A stretch of DNA of 60,637 bases, counting the filler, from Basidiobolus ranarum (taxonomy: Eukaryota): the NCBI GenBank assembly GCA_040143965.1. It is 16 parts of 16 records of this genome, joined end to end, with 100 filler letters (N's around TTAATTAATTAA, not from the genome) between each part and the next. Parts side by side here need not be neighbours in the genome. Positions count along the whole stretch, not along the records: positions 38,038 to 41,729 come from JASJQH010002332.1; positions 41,830 to 45,516 come from JASJQH010002333.1; positions 45,617 to 49,300 come from JASJQH010002334.1; positions 49,401 to 53,083 come from JASJQH010002335.1; 12 more parts are not named here. One strand, written 5' to 3'. Positions 38,038 to 51,594 of the stretch are shown here, in pieces. The notes under the pieces are model-generated. The model made no database searches, was not told the DNA's origin, and saw nothing but the letters and a program-made list of their open reading frames with translations. Positions within the stretch are counted from its first letter, which is position 1. Each line of letters starts with the position of its first letter. Position numbers and translations under genes: made by a program.

Positions 38038-39893
38038 TTCAACTCTGAACTCACAAAGATACTGGTGAAGCCAATAGCAGTCACACAACTTTCTTTTCTT
38101 AGAAAATATCCTGAAAATAAGACAAGTCACCCCTTGGCAAGTAACTATGGATTTTTTGGACATAGGGGGGCGAGATTTGGAATTCTTCAACTCCTCCATG
38201 AACCCATCCAGATACTCAGGTTTGCTCTCCGATGTAGATCGATTTCCCATCAGAATTTTTGAGTAAGTGTGAATAGATGGCTCTCCTCTTTCCAATCTGG
38301 TGTTCATTCGATGCACCTTGCGCTCAATCAATTCGATTTCTTTCAAAGATCTTCGCTTCTCTTGCTCGATCCTGGCTTTCTCCGCATCGAGTCTGACCTG
38401 AGCTTCGATAGAGGCTGGATCGTTATTAGACAGAGTGATGGTCACCGCTTGCATTCTCTGGGCAAGCATTTCAGCGGCCTTTTGCTTCAATCTTGCTTGC
38501 TCATCTACCATTCCATTGATAGGATTTGAAGTAGAGAATGCACGCGATAGTTCGTTCATTTCCGGAGTGGAAGTTTTAAATTCCTTGGAATCTTTAGTAT
38601 GAAACAATTTCAACCTTGCCAAGGCCAATTTCTCATTTAAATCCCGAGCTTTAGAGGAGAGTGAATTTAATTCGGAAACTCTTTCCTCAAATTCCATCTC
38701 TGACTGAGATCTTTGTTCGGAAAAGTGGATCATTTGAGTGATGAGTTTATCAAAATCTATCTCCGGTTGAGATTCTTCTACTGAGTTGATTTCATTTTGA
38801 ATCACTTTGATTCTGGCCTTTAGTTGTTCGATAGAATCCCATTCATGTTGTTTACTTTGGGAATCAATTAAAAGTCTTTCTAAAATCTCTCGTTTGGTAT
38901 TGATTTTTTGAGTTAACATGTCGATAACGGTGCTGGAATTTACACTTGGATCAACTGGAAATGGTTCTCTTCCTGTTGTCAAGTTACTCCTATTTTTCGA
39001 TAAATTTTCCTCCGTTAATGGAGAGCTACAATCAGGTGGTTCTTTGTTTGGTGATAACCAGTCTATTTTCGTTTTTAAATAGAATTGAAAGGTTAAAAAG
39101 ATTCCTCACAAACTACTTTAGAAATATGTTAAGGTACATACCGGCCATCTTTGCTGGTGGTTCAGTAACCACGGACACTAAATTTAACTTTTCCTTTTCT
39201 TCTTCACCTAACACTCTACTTTGAGTAACCCGGGGAGTTGGTAGGAAGCTCTTACTGGTAGTATCGTCAGTTGGAGAATTGCCCACCAAGCCTTCTCCCA
39301 GCTTTTCCTCAGCCAATTGAACTTCTTGACGTAAGTTGGTAGGTAAAGTGGTGGGAAGTTCATAAGAAGACAGGTATAAGTCTAAAAAGTATATAAATAG
39401 TAGAAACTCCGGTAAACTAAGAAATTCAGCGGCATGAACGTCACATAGAGACCTAGACAAAGGAAAGTTCTAGTTAGATATTTGGTTGAAATAGAAGAAT
39501 ATCTATACTAACCAGGTATGTTCAAGAACCTTGGACGGTAAGTTTAAATATGAAAATAGCTCATACGTAGTTTGAACTTTAAAATAACTGTAAGTTATGG
39601 ATACTTTAAAATGGAGAATAAGGTAGTTAGAATACTTGATAGACGGCCAGTAGTATCAACATTTTGGTAATACATTTGACGGTATTTTTCGAACTTTAGT
39701 TCGTTGAGAAAAGGGAACTTCTCTATTTAAAAAAAAGGTTAGCATGGAACCTTTCTTTTACAAATATTCACTCGAATAAAGCGTTCAACTCAATACCATA
39801 TATGTTTACTGAAGATAGTATTGTTGAAGAATCGGGAAGTGGTGAGGTAGATGCTTGGGAATTAGAAACTTGTACATTATTGCTATAGTACAT
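38038..39893 (-). CDS. EH-domain / coiled-coil endocytic protein, Pan1-like (multi-exon, 3' truncated)
   Basis: Spliced EH domain LPSKVLEHTWSLCDVHAAEFLSLPEFLLFIYFLDL..ELPTTLPTNLRQEV. Long coiled coil with ARLKQKAAEMLAQRMQAVT, resembling the Pan1 coiled region. Confidence 0.65.
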
Positions 39894-41180
39894 GTTGTAT
39901 TGCTACCCAGGGAGATACGGTAAATAAATTAGATTATGGAACAAAAAGTCGTCTGCAAGTATTAAAAAGAAATTATTGGAAGCAAGTGATAACACTTAGG
40001 TAAAATATGAACTCTTAACACACGAACAGAAGCCACAATATTACTAAACTAAAGATTAATCCCTCCTGTCAATGTGTTCCAACGAGAAAAAAAGCGGCAG
40101 AAGAATGACCCATTGACTTCATATAGACACTTCTGTATATCACAACCTATGACCTCATTTCTACGTCATATTTATTTCCCTTTAAGGATCTACCACTGAT
40201 ATCAAAATGATTTTCAGTGAGAAATCCCAAATTAGCGATGGATTTAGTGATGTGGAAATGGTGGAATTCGTGAGATGGCCAGCTGTTACGGATTGTTAAT
40301 TTGATAGATACTAATAATGGTAACAGCTTCTTCTATTTAGAAGAATGATGGCTGTTGCGTAAGGACAATGATTGGGTCTCACCTGAATTAAAGGTACTTG
40401 TTTATATAACATCCGTCCTTGAGCGCAAATCACTTTCACTTCTCACGTGGCAAAGTGCGTCTGCGTAATTGAACCAATGAAAATATTCAGGTGTCTAAAT
40501 TATTGCCATATTCGTTAGATAACCGTTTTCCATTACGTTTCTCATTACATCAAGTGGGTCGTTATAGTGTAACTACTACAGCTTCTAGAATCAATACCAA
40601 CATGCGTGTGGAAGATTAGATGTAGTGCTATTGGAAGTGGTAGACAAGAGAAAATCCAAACTTCAATTCCCGTTTATTAACTGCATCCTATTATATATAA
40701 TATACCTTTCACAGTTAGGAGACATGATATACTTCATCCAATTCTCTAAGAATTATACGAGTCACTAATAGTTTATGTCTGCTTTAAAAATTGATAAAAC
40801 ACATGCAAGATCATTCAATTGATTTAGATCACATGGTATTTGTTGCACAAGTTGGCTTTTGCAGTGATTAATATAATACAGCAGACCTGTTACTTCAGAT
40901 TATCACGTTGTGTAGATTTCTGCCAAAATTTCATATACCGAACTTCAAATGTTGTGGCCAACTCTAAATCCTTACAGATACAGCCAGGTAGAGAAGGTGC
41001 AGTCATTTATAAATACCTGGTAAAATCCACATTTTAGTTGGCGTTATTTAGCTTTGGGAGAAAAGAGCCAATGCTTATACACACTTAAATAAAATCTAAG
41101 TGGTTTATGTGCAGATATTGCTAAAATATTTTTGGAGCCTGTTGGAAGTGGTTTGGGGAAATAGAGAAATTAGTGGTTTT

Positions 41181-41508
41181 TGTTGAAATTGGCATTGCTT
41201 GAACACCTATATAGTCATATATAGCTTAGTACTTAGTTATCTTATAATTCACTAAGATATTATCCATTATTCTCAATTGGAATTTACTTAGAATATTGAC
41301 ACCAACTAAGAAGTTCTCAGATATATAGATTTCTCAAACTTGTGCTTGAAGCCCCAAACTTGGCACACATATTTCTGGGATCTTTTTTAACATATTTCAC
41401 TTGTTAGGTTGTCTACATCTTGACAAAACTATAAATGTCAACTTTCTACTCAATAAATTAATAAGTGAAAACTACCAATTCCTCTAATTCTCCAAACCAG
41501 TTCCAACA
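41181..41508 (+). mobile_element. Ty1/copia 5' LTR (family B, 328 bp)
   Basis: TGTTG...CAACA termini, immediately followed by a PBS-like sequence and gag. Confidence 0.8.
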
Positions 41509-41729
41509 GGCTATGATCCCCAAGTTTGCACTCTCTGTAATGTCTACTTCTCATATTTATAGAACTTTGCCCTCTTCTGAAAAATTGGATTGAACCAAAT
41601 ATCAGTTTGGAAAATTAAAATTAAAATGCTGCTGCAAGAGGAAGAACTTTGGGACACTGCTGTAGGAGAAGAAAACAATGCAAAGCTATCTTAAACCAAA
41701 GTTTTACTCCAGGTTAAAAAAGAACATAG
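41509..41729 (+). pseudogene. Copia PBS and decayed gag N-terminus
   Basis: GGCTATGATCCC (compare copia-type PBS GGTTATGRGCCC). ATG at 41540, then EKLD*TKYQ..KMLLQEEELWDTAVG. Shares sequence with about 25700-25740. Confidence 0.75.
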
Positions 41730-43115
41730 NNNNNNNNNNNNNNNNNNNNNNNNNNNNNNNNNNNNNNNNNNNNTTAATTAATTAANNNNNNNNNNNNNNN
41801 NNNNNNNNNNNNNNNNNNNNNNNNNNNNNCTGAAGACGAACCTTATCAGAACGAAGACATCAGCCTCAAAGTAAGAAAAAAGGTATATAGTTTTCATTCA
41901 CTTTCCCCTGACGCCACCTGAATCTCTGGAAATAGTTACCAATTGTGTCGTATTTCATATAGACACTACATCTTTTATCTAGGATTTTTATGGTTTGGTT
42001 GAGAAATTGATGTATTGATTATAAATATTCAACCTTATTAGACAAGGCACAAAGCTGACGGAGAGCATGTGTATGGCGAGTGACAAACCCTTCCGAATGC
42101 AAAGGCGGTCTCTAAGGTCCCAGAGCGTAAGTATCCATTATTGTTAATCATTGCTGTAGTTCTCAACGGACTGCTTTGTTTCTACGTATCCGTATTCCAT
42201 GTTTATTCAATACACTAATTGTGTTCTGTCGTTTTAGACTACACAATGCGTACGATGTTCTACAGGCTATACAATCTAAACGTCAGCAATATCATTAGAA
42301 ATAGGTCAAACACTCTTTACGTAGTATATTCCGTATTTCATTCGTTTCTTTTATCCTCTTTTTGTTGAATAGCGAGCTATACTGAAATATGCTCGTCCTT
42401 GTATTTGAATCAGTGACCTAACGATAAACCATTATCAATATGAAGAAGCGTCAGTATAAAGCCTTCATATTGATATTTCGTTAGCACACAAATAAAGATC
42501 AGACATTGGAAGAATATGTTTGCCAATAGACTATGAAAACGCCTGAAATCTTAACACGGGTATTCCAGCTCATACCACTGCTTCAATCATCATACGACAT
42601 CACCACCAATAGATAAATTGGCTGATCTATCTCCGAGTTGCATGTAGCAAGGTAAGTCGGTTTTAGAACTCATCTCCTATCGTGCGAAGTTTTATTAAAA
42701 GCCAGTGGTGGCTGAGTCCACCCAAGTACTCAATACAGGTAGTATCTTAAGAAGTAGGATATGACGAGTACCAATTGGTTGTACGATCTTGGATGAGCTA
42801 TGTGCTATATTTATTCGCTTAGCCATTCATATAAAATATCTCTTTCCTTTCCAAGAAGTACTTGTACCGATTTGGATAACTCTCAAAAAATATCGCAATT
42901 ACGGTGATGAGATAATATAAGCAGTTTAGGCACAGCTAGGTTATACAGTGTACTACTGATTCCATTCTGTCTTACTTGCCAGTCGGTTCATTTAATCCAC
43001 TAAATAAAAGTAAATGCCAATGTTTCTAAGGGGAACGCATACTATTCTCCTCAAACTTCTAACTATTCATTATCCTTAATTTCCATATTTCTCTAGTAAA
43101 GTCGTCTTTCTGACC

Positions 43116-45516
43116 ATGGTGTTAACCATTTATACGTTGGCTTTAAACCTTTTTTGGCTTATAGTTAAGCTATTCTTCAGAGATATCAGTCAAAGAGGTG
43201 CTCATAAAATCCCAAAAACTGGTCCAGTTTTCTTTGTTGCCGCGCCTCATGCCAATCAGGTTTCTTTCCTTTCTTCTTTACCTCTCGTAACAATATACTT
43301 ACTTGGCCTTTAAAGTTTCTGGATCCGCTCCTGTTACTTTTCCACAGCCCACGACCAATAAGTTTTCTCATGGCCGCCTCTTCTATGAGCCGAAAATATA
43401 TTGGAGCGTTTGGTCGCTCTATCAACTCAAGTACGTATCTTTTCGTGTTATTACTTAGTATCGAAAGATAGCGTTTGTTCCCACCGGCTAACTTGGATGT
43501 ATAGTTCCGGTCGCTAGAGCGCAGGATCATGCTAGAAAAGGAGTAGGTACAATCCAACTCTTAGACCGCTACAACGATCCTACACGTATTACAGGGATAG
43601 GCACCAAATTCACTTCTGACCTCCAGCCTGGTTGTACCATTGCCTTGCCAAATGGTGCTGGTGTTTCAATTGTTGAAGAAGTTATCTCAGATACTGAAGT
43701 ACTAGTCAAAAAGGAATTTAAAGAATTGAAAGCACTGGAGCTTCTTACTGCTAATGAAGGTACAGACTTTAAAATTATTCCCCACCTTGATCAGTCTCAG
43801 GTGTATACGGCTGTCCATGAGCGGTTAAATCAAGGTGGATGTGTTGGTATCTTTCCCGAAGGTGGTTCTCACGATCGTGCAGAGATGCTTCCTTTAAAAG
43901 GTATGCTTCGGTAATGAAAAGATATATACCAACATGACTTTTAAATATTTGATTCTTCATAAACATTAGTTGGAATAGCAATCATGGCTTTAGGAGCCAT
44001 GGCTGAGAATCCTGGATTGAATGTAAAAATTGTCCCTTGCGGTACAAATACCTCTAAGATTCAAGAATTTGATTGCTTTCATATTCAACTAAAATTTCTT
44101 GTATTAATAAGGATTAAATTACTTCCATCCTCATCGTTTTCGTTCTAGAGCAGTAGTGGAATTTGGGGATCCTTTAACTATACCTCGCCACTTAGTTGAG
44201 CAATTTAAAGAAGGTGGTGCTGCTAAAAGAGAGGCCATCGGCAAACTTATGGATACTATTTCTAATGCACTTAGAAGCGTTACCATCAATGCCCCAGATT
44301 ACGAGACATTAATGGTATGCCAAACTCCCAAGGATTTATTTTAAAGAGTACAAAGGTTAATAGCGGTCACTTTATGATAACCTAATCAGGTAATCCAAGC
44401 TGGTAGACGTCTTTATAAGCCAGCTCATCGTAAACTTCGTACTACTCAAGTGGTAGATTTGACCCGACGGTTCGTTGCTGGGTATCTTCATTTCAAGGAT
44501 GAACCAGCTGTGATAGATTTCCGTAACCGAGTTCTAGCGTATAACCGACTTCTCAAAGACCATGGCCTGAGAGATCATCAAGTGAAAAGAATGCAAATGA
44601 GTTTCAGCCGGGCGTTGCTTCTATTTAATTGGAGATTGCTGACCATTAATTTCATGGCTTTAATCGCTTTGCCAGGGTAATTTTCTCTATTTGTAACATT
44701 TGATGTTCTCTTGATTGCTAGGATTGCTAACAACTCCAAACTAGCGCAATACTAAACGCCCCTATTGGAATCATTGCCAAAATCATTAGCAAGAAGAAGG
44801 CCAAAGGTTCATTTTTTCCCCCAAAATCACTTTATAGACTTCCAAGGCATGAGTATTAAGTTTATTGAATAATTCTAGAGGCTCTTAAAAACTCCACCGT
44901 GAAAATCGCCGGTCGCGATGTACTAGCTACTTGGAAGGTTCTCGTTGGACTATTTTTGATTCCTACCTTTTACTGGATCTACACTTTCATTATGCTATAT
45001 ATCGCCATCCGCTTAAAATGGCCTCTTTTTTGGAAAGTTTTAGCGCCAGTCTTGACATTCACGCTTTTACCTTTTATCAGTTATGCCAGTGTACGCTTTG
45101 GAGAAACTGGCCTAGATGTCTACAGGTAACAATAGTGCTATGTATATCCAATTTTCATTATTAATCTCAATTGGGATTATTCATTAGATCCATGCGTCCG
45201 CTCTTTTTTGCGCTATTTCCTGGTGCTGGAAAAAAAGCCAAAACGTTACCTGTTATTCGCGAGGAGCTTTCCAATGATATCACTTTACTGATTAATGAAT
45301 TGGGCCCCCAACTTTTCCCCGATTTTGATCCGAATAGAATTGCTAACGGTTCACATCCTAGCACGCCAGGGACTCCTGGAACTCCTAAAGGTCGCAAGAC
45401 CTGGATCATCTCTCCAATGGAATATCTGAATTATAGCCTTTTTAATTTGGAGAGTGTAGGGGAGAATGAAATAGATGACGAACTGTTCTTTTTACGCTAC
45501 GTGAGTGATGGAAAGT
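43116..45516 (+). CDS. SCT1: Glycerol-3-phosphate/DHAP O-acyltransferase (Sct1/Gpt2 family), multi-exon, 3' end cut by contig edge
   Basis: Acyltransferase motifs AAPHANQ|FLDP, PVARAQD, GIFPEGGSHDR and IVPCGLNYFHPHRFRSRAVVEFG. Also KIAGRDVLATWK. Many GT-AG introns. Confidence 0.93.
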
Positions 45517-45616
45517 NNNNNNNNNNNNNNNNNNNNNNNNNNNNNNNNNNNNNNNNNNNNTTAATTAATTAANNNNNNNNNNNNNNNNNNNNNNNNNNNN
45601 NNNNNNNNNNNNNNNN

Positions 45617-46410
45617 GCTAAATTTGGAAGTTTATTCGACACCTGGCACCTCTCAACAAGCCAAAAACCAGCAAATAAAACTCATGGCTCTCCAACCTCA
45701 ACTAGTACTTTTCAAAGTGTTGAAATTAGCCCCAAACTTAAAGGCAAGCAAAAAGCCGCACAAACACCGCAAAGCACCCTCAGTAGTGTCACACTACCAG
45801 GATGTACAAAAATAGTCAAAGTGCTTGAGGAGTATTTTCAAAAGTATGAAGAGAAAAACGCAGTGCAAGTATGCAGAAAGTGGCTTCAGACAAAGAACAT
45901 TCAACTTGACATTCAGTCTGGTGTTGACCATGCAGATATCTGGCAAGAGCTTAATAGAGAGTGGCACAATATTGCAGGGTATCCACCAGATAGCTGGAAG
46001 AATGTTGATTCAGCAACATTGATACAATGGTGGGCTTTGATGAAGATATTGACTCTAACTTGTGTTGGGTATGAGCTAAACCTTGGGTATGAAGAACTCT
46101 CTAAAAATACTCAGGAGAATATAGCAAGGAGACTAGGGGTTTTGAAGGTGAAAAATTAGCATTCAAGTGGTAATTGTGTAAAATTTGAGTTATGTTTTTT
46201 GCACAAGTGTTGATCCATAGTTCTCCAAGATTGTAGCTAATTATGTGCAACTATTTTGCAAGATCTTGAAATTTCACTCCTGAAACTGAAAAAAATTCAT
46301 TAAAATCAAATCTAACTTGACAAATTTATGACAGGAAGTAAATGGTCAATTCCAAATGGATTAAAATTGTGACGGTTCTCCTATAATAACAATCCTCAAA
46401 TTTCTGTTAG
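45617..46410 (+). mobile_element. En/Spm-like family accessory ORF 3' part and downstream flank
   Basis: LEEYFQKY..ELNREWHNIAGYPPDSWKNVDSATLIQWWALM. Matches 54200-54930 and 32130-32580 (reverse) and 53184-53560. Confidence 0.55.
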
Positions 46411-46416
46411 GGCTTA

Positions 46417-48573
46417 GTGTTTGTTGATGAAGCTATCATTTTCTCAACTGATAAGCTGCTCAGGCAACCCATATCACTGATATTATCAATCATCTTATTT
46501 CTGCTGGACTTATCCTCAATGCTGAAAAATGCAGCTTTGCTTGCCTTAAAATCATTCCACTTGGTTTTATTGTTATTCCTACAGGCTGTCAATCAGATCC
46601 TTTCAAGTTAGTCAACATCAAAGATTGACCTAAGCCAACTACCGCTAAACAACTTCAACACTACCTTGGAGTCTTCAACTATTTCAGGGAACATGTGCCA
46701 CTTTTCTGTACTCTAATTGCACCACTTGAGTCTTTATGGCGCAACCAAAATCTACCCTCAGTTTGGACCAAAGCACATGATCAAGCCTTTGAATCACTAT
46801 GCACAATGCTTACACAGGCTCCCACTCTATCTTATCCTGACTTTTCCAAGCCTTTCTCTGTTGCTACCAATCCATCTAATGTTAGGTTAGGGACAGTTCT
46901 TTACCAGAATGAAGACCAAAATCCATTTCATTGGATTTCTTTCCAAGCCAGATCTTTGCAGCCTGCCAAATGTACTTATTGTACTACCAAGAAGGAATTA
47001 CTAGCCATTGTGTTTGCCTTCAAGAAATTGCACCAGTACTTCTGGGAAAATAATTTTATTCTTTACTCTGACCTCCCAGCACTTGTCTACATCAACACCC
47101 AGAAGACTTTAACACCAATACTAACAAACTGGCTGGATACTCTACTGGATTATGTTTACACTATAGTTCACCACCCTAGAATTCTCAATATTTTGCCTGA
47201 TCACCTTTCCAGACTTTTTCCAACCTCCCCCTGCAAAAGACATGTGATTACTGATGAAATCAGCAAACCTACAACTACTACCAACTCAATCCTTCAGAAA
47301 GAGCCAGATTCCAGAATTTGGCCACCACAAAATGAAAGGAACTATCTCATTCAGCAATGCCACCTACTAGGACACTTTGGAGCTGATAAACTTATGAAGA
47401 AGTTGCACCCATGGATACCACTGATCCAACATTAAGTCTGACTGCCTTGATTATGTAAAGTTTTGCAGAGGATGTCAACTTTGCAAAATCACATGCCATG
47501 GCTTTCACCCTTTGACTGAAATATGTGATGAACTCCCCATGAATCATATTGCTATTGATCTAGCAGGACCTTTCACAACTAGTGATGATGGAAATCACTT
47601 CCTCTTTGTGATAGTAGATGTTTGTACATGTTTTGTTTTTCTCAAAGCCCTAACAGACAAATTTGCTACTACCATTGTCCAAGCCTTATTCAAGCTATTC
47701 ACCTACTTTGGATTTCTCAAAATCATTCAATCTGATAATGGAACTAAGTTTGTTAACCAAGTCATTTAAGAACTCTGCCATCACTCTGTAATTGATCATA
47801 GACTGATAACTCTCTATCACCCTAAAGCTAATGGACTTGCACAAAGACATGTTCAAACCCCTGTGAACATAATCTGCAAATCCATCAAAGGAGTCAAGAA
47901 GAAATGGAGCAAGTCAATCCCAGTGGTTCAATATGCTATCAACATCAATATTGCTGCTCTCCATGGATGCACTCTATTCTTACTTATGTTTCAAAGAATG
48001 TTCAACCAATTACAAAACTATCTAGATGTTCTACTCAAGCCAATCAATACTGAAGACTTAGTCAAACACCTTCAATTTGTAACAGACATTGTCAACCCTG
48101 GAATCAACTCAAGAAGCAAAAGTAGTCAACAAAAGATGAAATCTACACACTCTTCTAGACACAAGTCCACTAGTTTTCCAGAAGGTTCTTTGTCATGACT
48201 CTAGATCCCATCTGCCAATCCAAACTTGAAGCCAAGTATGAAGGTCCCTTTAAGATTATCAGAGGAACCACTGGATGATCTTATGTACTTCAAGACAACA
48301 CTGGAGCCTTACTACCCAAAAAATTTTCCACCATCTTCCCTTAAATGTATTTCACAAGATCGAATATCTACAGAATCATAAGAAGTAGAAGCAATTGTTG
48401 ATCATGATGGTGAAGAACCCAACCGCCTTTACTTGGTGAAGTGGAAAGGTGACCATGCCAAATGCAATACCTGGGAGCCCTACAGCAACTTTGATAAAAT
48501 CTCTATCATTGACCAATATTGGAAAGATAGAGGATCAACTACTAACAAGAGTCCTCATCGAGGGAGGGAATGA
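46417..48573 (+). pseudogene. Ty3/gypsy chromovirus pol (RT C-term, RNase H, integrase, chromodomain)
   Basis: FVDEAIIFS, PDFSKPFSVATN, KELLAIV, GHFG, IAIDLAGP, IIQSDNGTKF, YHPKANG, and chromodomain EVEAIVDH..YLVKWKG..TWEP. PPT GAGGGAGGGAATGA at 48560-48573. Confidence 0.92.
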
Positions 48574-49041
48574 TGTTATGCACCAACATACAGAGTTGCT
48601 TAACTTACGCTATATATATACAACTTGCAGAAATATCTGTTTAGTTTATCACCATTGCTAACTAGTCACTTGACCTTATCCAGTGACCCTATCATGAGAC
48701 TTATCACATATCTAACTATCTATCCTCTTATCCCTTATATTGGATCATATGACCAATCACATGACCATTATCCCATCAGTATTAACCTCTGAGTCATCTG
48801 CCTAGACACAAGTCAATATGAGTCACATGCTTCATAACCAATGATCTTTCACTACCAAGACTTCAGCTGATGCATGACTCACTTATCTATCTATCTATCA
48901 ATCCAATCACAATATCTTTTATCAGAGTTGGTCATCTAATATCTTGGTGCAGACTAATTTACTTTGCTCTTAAAAAGTAGAAATAAAGCTAACTGAACCT
49001 TTTGGTTTAGTGTGTGTCCCAATGAATATAGGATCTTAACA
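48574..49041 (+). mobile_element. Ty3/gypsy 3' LTR (about 468 bp; right end approximate)
   Basis: TGTTA directly after the PPT, AATAAA near 48982, ends TAACA. Second copy at 15237-15516. Confidence 0.75.
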
Positions 49042-50096
49042 CTTCTCATTGTTTTGCAACAAATTCAATATTCCCTGCTCATTTCTATTCAAGCCTAGTA
49101 TCCACTAGCACCTACAGAACACCAAGCCTAGTGGCCTAGCAAACTTACTCTGTACCATAACAAAGCAACCCACTGTTATTCCCAAGACATATATTAGTTA
49201 GACCTGCTCTGCTGATAAATCCTGCTTGAACAGTTCTAAGATTCTGCACTTAACTGTTTCTTTAGTTCAGTAAAGTTCAAGACTTTTTATCCACTTTTCT
49301 NNNNNNNNNNNNNNNNNNNNNNNNNNNNNNNNNNNNNNNNNNNNTTAATTAATTAANNNNNNNNNNNNNNNNNNNNNNNNNNNNNNNNNNNNNNNNNNNN
49401 GTCCCGATAAGATGAGATTGACGACAGATGAGCGTGTAACTTTCTAGCACAGCCGGAAGAAGCCAGAGTAACCAGGTAACAACTGCACTTGTAGCTGTTA
49501 GAAGCTTGGCATACGCTCTACGCGCATACCTTTATCGAGTCAATGATGCGCTTACAGCCCAAACCGTTACCAAATATGCTTATCAGTAATACCTGATCCT
49601 TTCCTTATTTGTTGCCATTCATAGTTTGCGCCAGGGTCCTGACCATATCGGTATTAGGTGAAATCCACTAGTTGATTGAATCAATATTGGTTAGTAGGTC
49701 TATAGACAACGAAATATAGGATCATCCTGCAAATGTGATTTAGTGGCATTAGTCTTCCGATCTATGACGGGCTCTTTGAGTTGTATTTTAAAATTTGACG
49801 TAGGGGATATGGTTGAGGTGAATTTGCGTTTATTAGGGAAGTAAAAATCCAAACGCTTGATTAAATTCATATTCGAACTCTTTGTACAATTGAGAGATGT
49901 TGGGTCGCTGAGGCTCAGAAAGAGGATGTATGAATGATGGAGCCACATTACTGATATTGAAGAATCATCAGTCGTTATTTTCAGCATTCATATAAAGAGT
50001 CATAAAGAGTCTATTGTGCTCTATGTCAAAGGTAAAATCGGTGCTTTTGAAGCGTCGCTTACTTCCGAGAGTTATATTCGTAAATATTACTGTGAA

Positions 50097-51594
50097 TTAT
50101 CGACGCCGAGGTCGATAACTCTGCTGTGATGAGCTACTTTCTTCGTACTTAGAATGCCTCTCCTCGCGCGGATTATACTGCGAATAGTAGCGTCCTTTAG
50201 GTCGACTACTTTCTTTTTCATACTCTATTAATCTTTCGGCGCGTTCCCGTCGCTGCTTTTCTTTTTCAAACCATTCTTCCCGCAGTTTCTGCACTTCTGG
50301 TGTGAACATTGAGGGTTTCTAAGAAATTCCTCCGTTAGAGTGGATTACTTTAATGAACTGCTTTAACGGTGGCTTATTTACCTCGGATTTACTAGAATCC
50401 TTTGAACTGCGCTTATGCTTATGCTTTGACTTCTTTTCTTTCTTAGGCTTGGCTTCCTCTTCCCTATCACGCTTGTGACCTGTGGTGCTAGAGTCTTTTC
50501 TCCTTCTAATCGTTTTTAGTATTGGCTATATCATAGAAAAAGTAGATATTCACTAAATAGCCTACTTTGACAGTCGCTCTTTTTCTATCGATTGCTTCAT
50601 AAGCTCTAAATCCTGTCGATCTTTATCTTTTTTCTTTTTAGCAATATACTTGTTGATACTCGACAGTGGATCCTGTCGAACTTTCTGGCTTCCATCAGCA
50701 AGTCTGCGAAAATTGTTAAGATTGCTCTAACATCTATATTGAGGATTTAGATATTGACTTACTGTACAGTATCACTAGATGTCACCTCCTTTGCGTACCA
50801 AGGATCTTTACCTTTAGAAAATGAGATGAGTACGGAGAAAAACAAACAATAAAATGAGTAGCTTCGCTATTGAATAAACCTTTTACAACATCACCCAAAT
50901 ACTTCGTTATCTGCCTATCCCATTTATCTTGCTCTTTTTTTTTATCGGCCTCGTATTCAGGATTCCCTTTGTGTGTATTTACAGGTTTCTTCAAAATTGA
51001 GAATTCGTTAGCGTTACTAATTCGTTGCTATACTTCTTTCTGCTTAGATGGTACCTTTTCATATTCAGCCCAGAAATTGATATGCTCGGGTTTGGGTTGT
51101 AAAGAAGCAACTACCAATTCAGAAGAAACTTGAGTTAGGCTTTGTTCAGGCACTTCCTTCAACTTGGTTTGTATTTCTTCGGTAGCATCGATACTTGGAA
51201 GAGATGCAGTGACTGTAGACTCTGAGCCAGTTATATTTTCTCTATTTAAGCCTTCTAATCTTTCTTGAGCTTTTTTTCTGAGCAAATTCAATCTATGCTC
51301 ACTCTCCTATATTGATCAATGAAAATAGAGTAAATAAAAATGTCTTTAGTATATCATAATATATATTAGAATGGTTATACGAACAAACTTACAGCTCTCA
51401 AGGTTTTCTGCTCTTTCTCTTCTTCCTCTTTACGTGCTTTCTCTTCATCGCGGCTGACTTTATCACGGTTTTCTTGGTTATAAACGTGCCAACTAAATAG
51501 TAGATTTTAAGTTAAATCCCAAGTATCTACCTATCAATATTAAAACTAAACCATAAACCAACCTTTTATGTTGTAAAATGTGAAGTTGCGGCAT
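50097..51594 (-). CDS. LENG1: LENG1/Saf4-like splicing-associated protein (Cir_N-type N-terminus), multi-exon
   Basis: MPQLHILQHK|SWHVYNQENRDKVSRDEEKARKEEE, HINFW, EYEADKKKEQ..KYLG, PWY, DPL, KLREE..RERAE..YYSQYNP. Confidence 0.85.
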
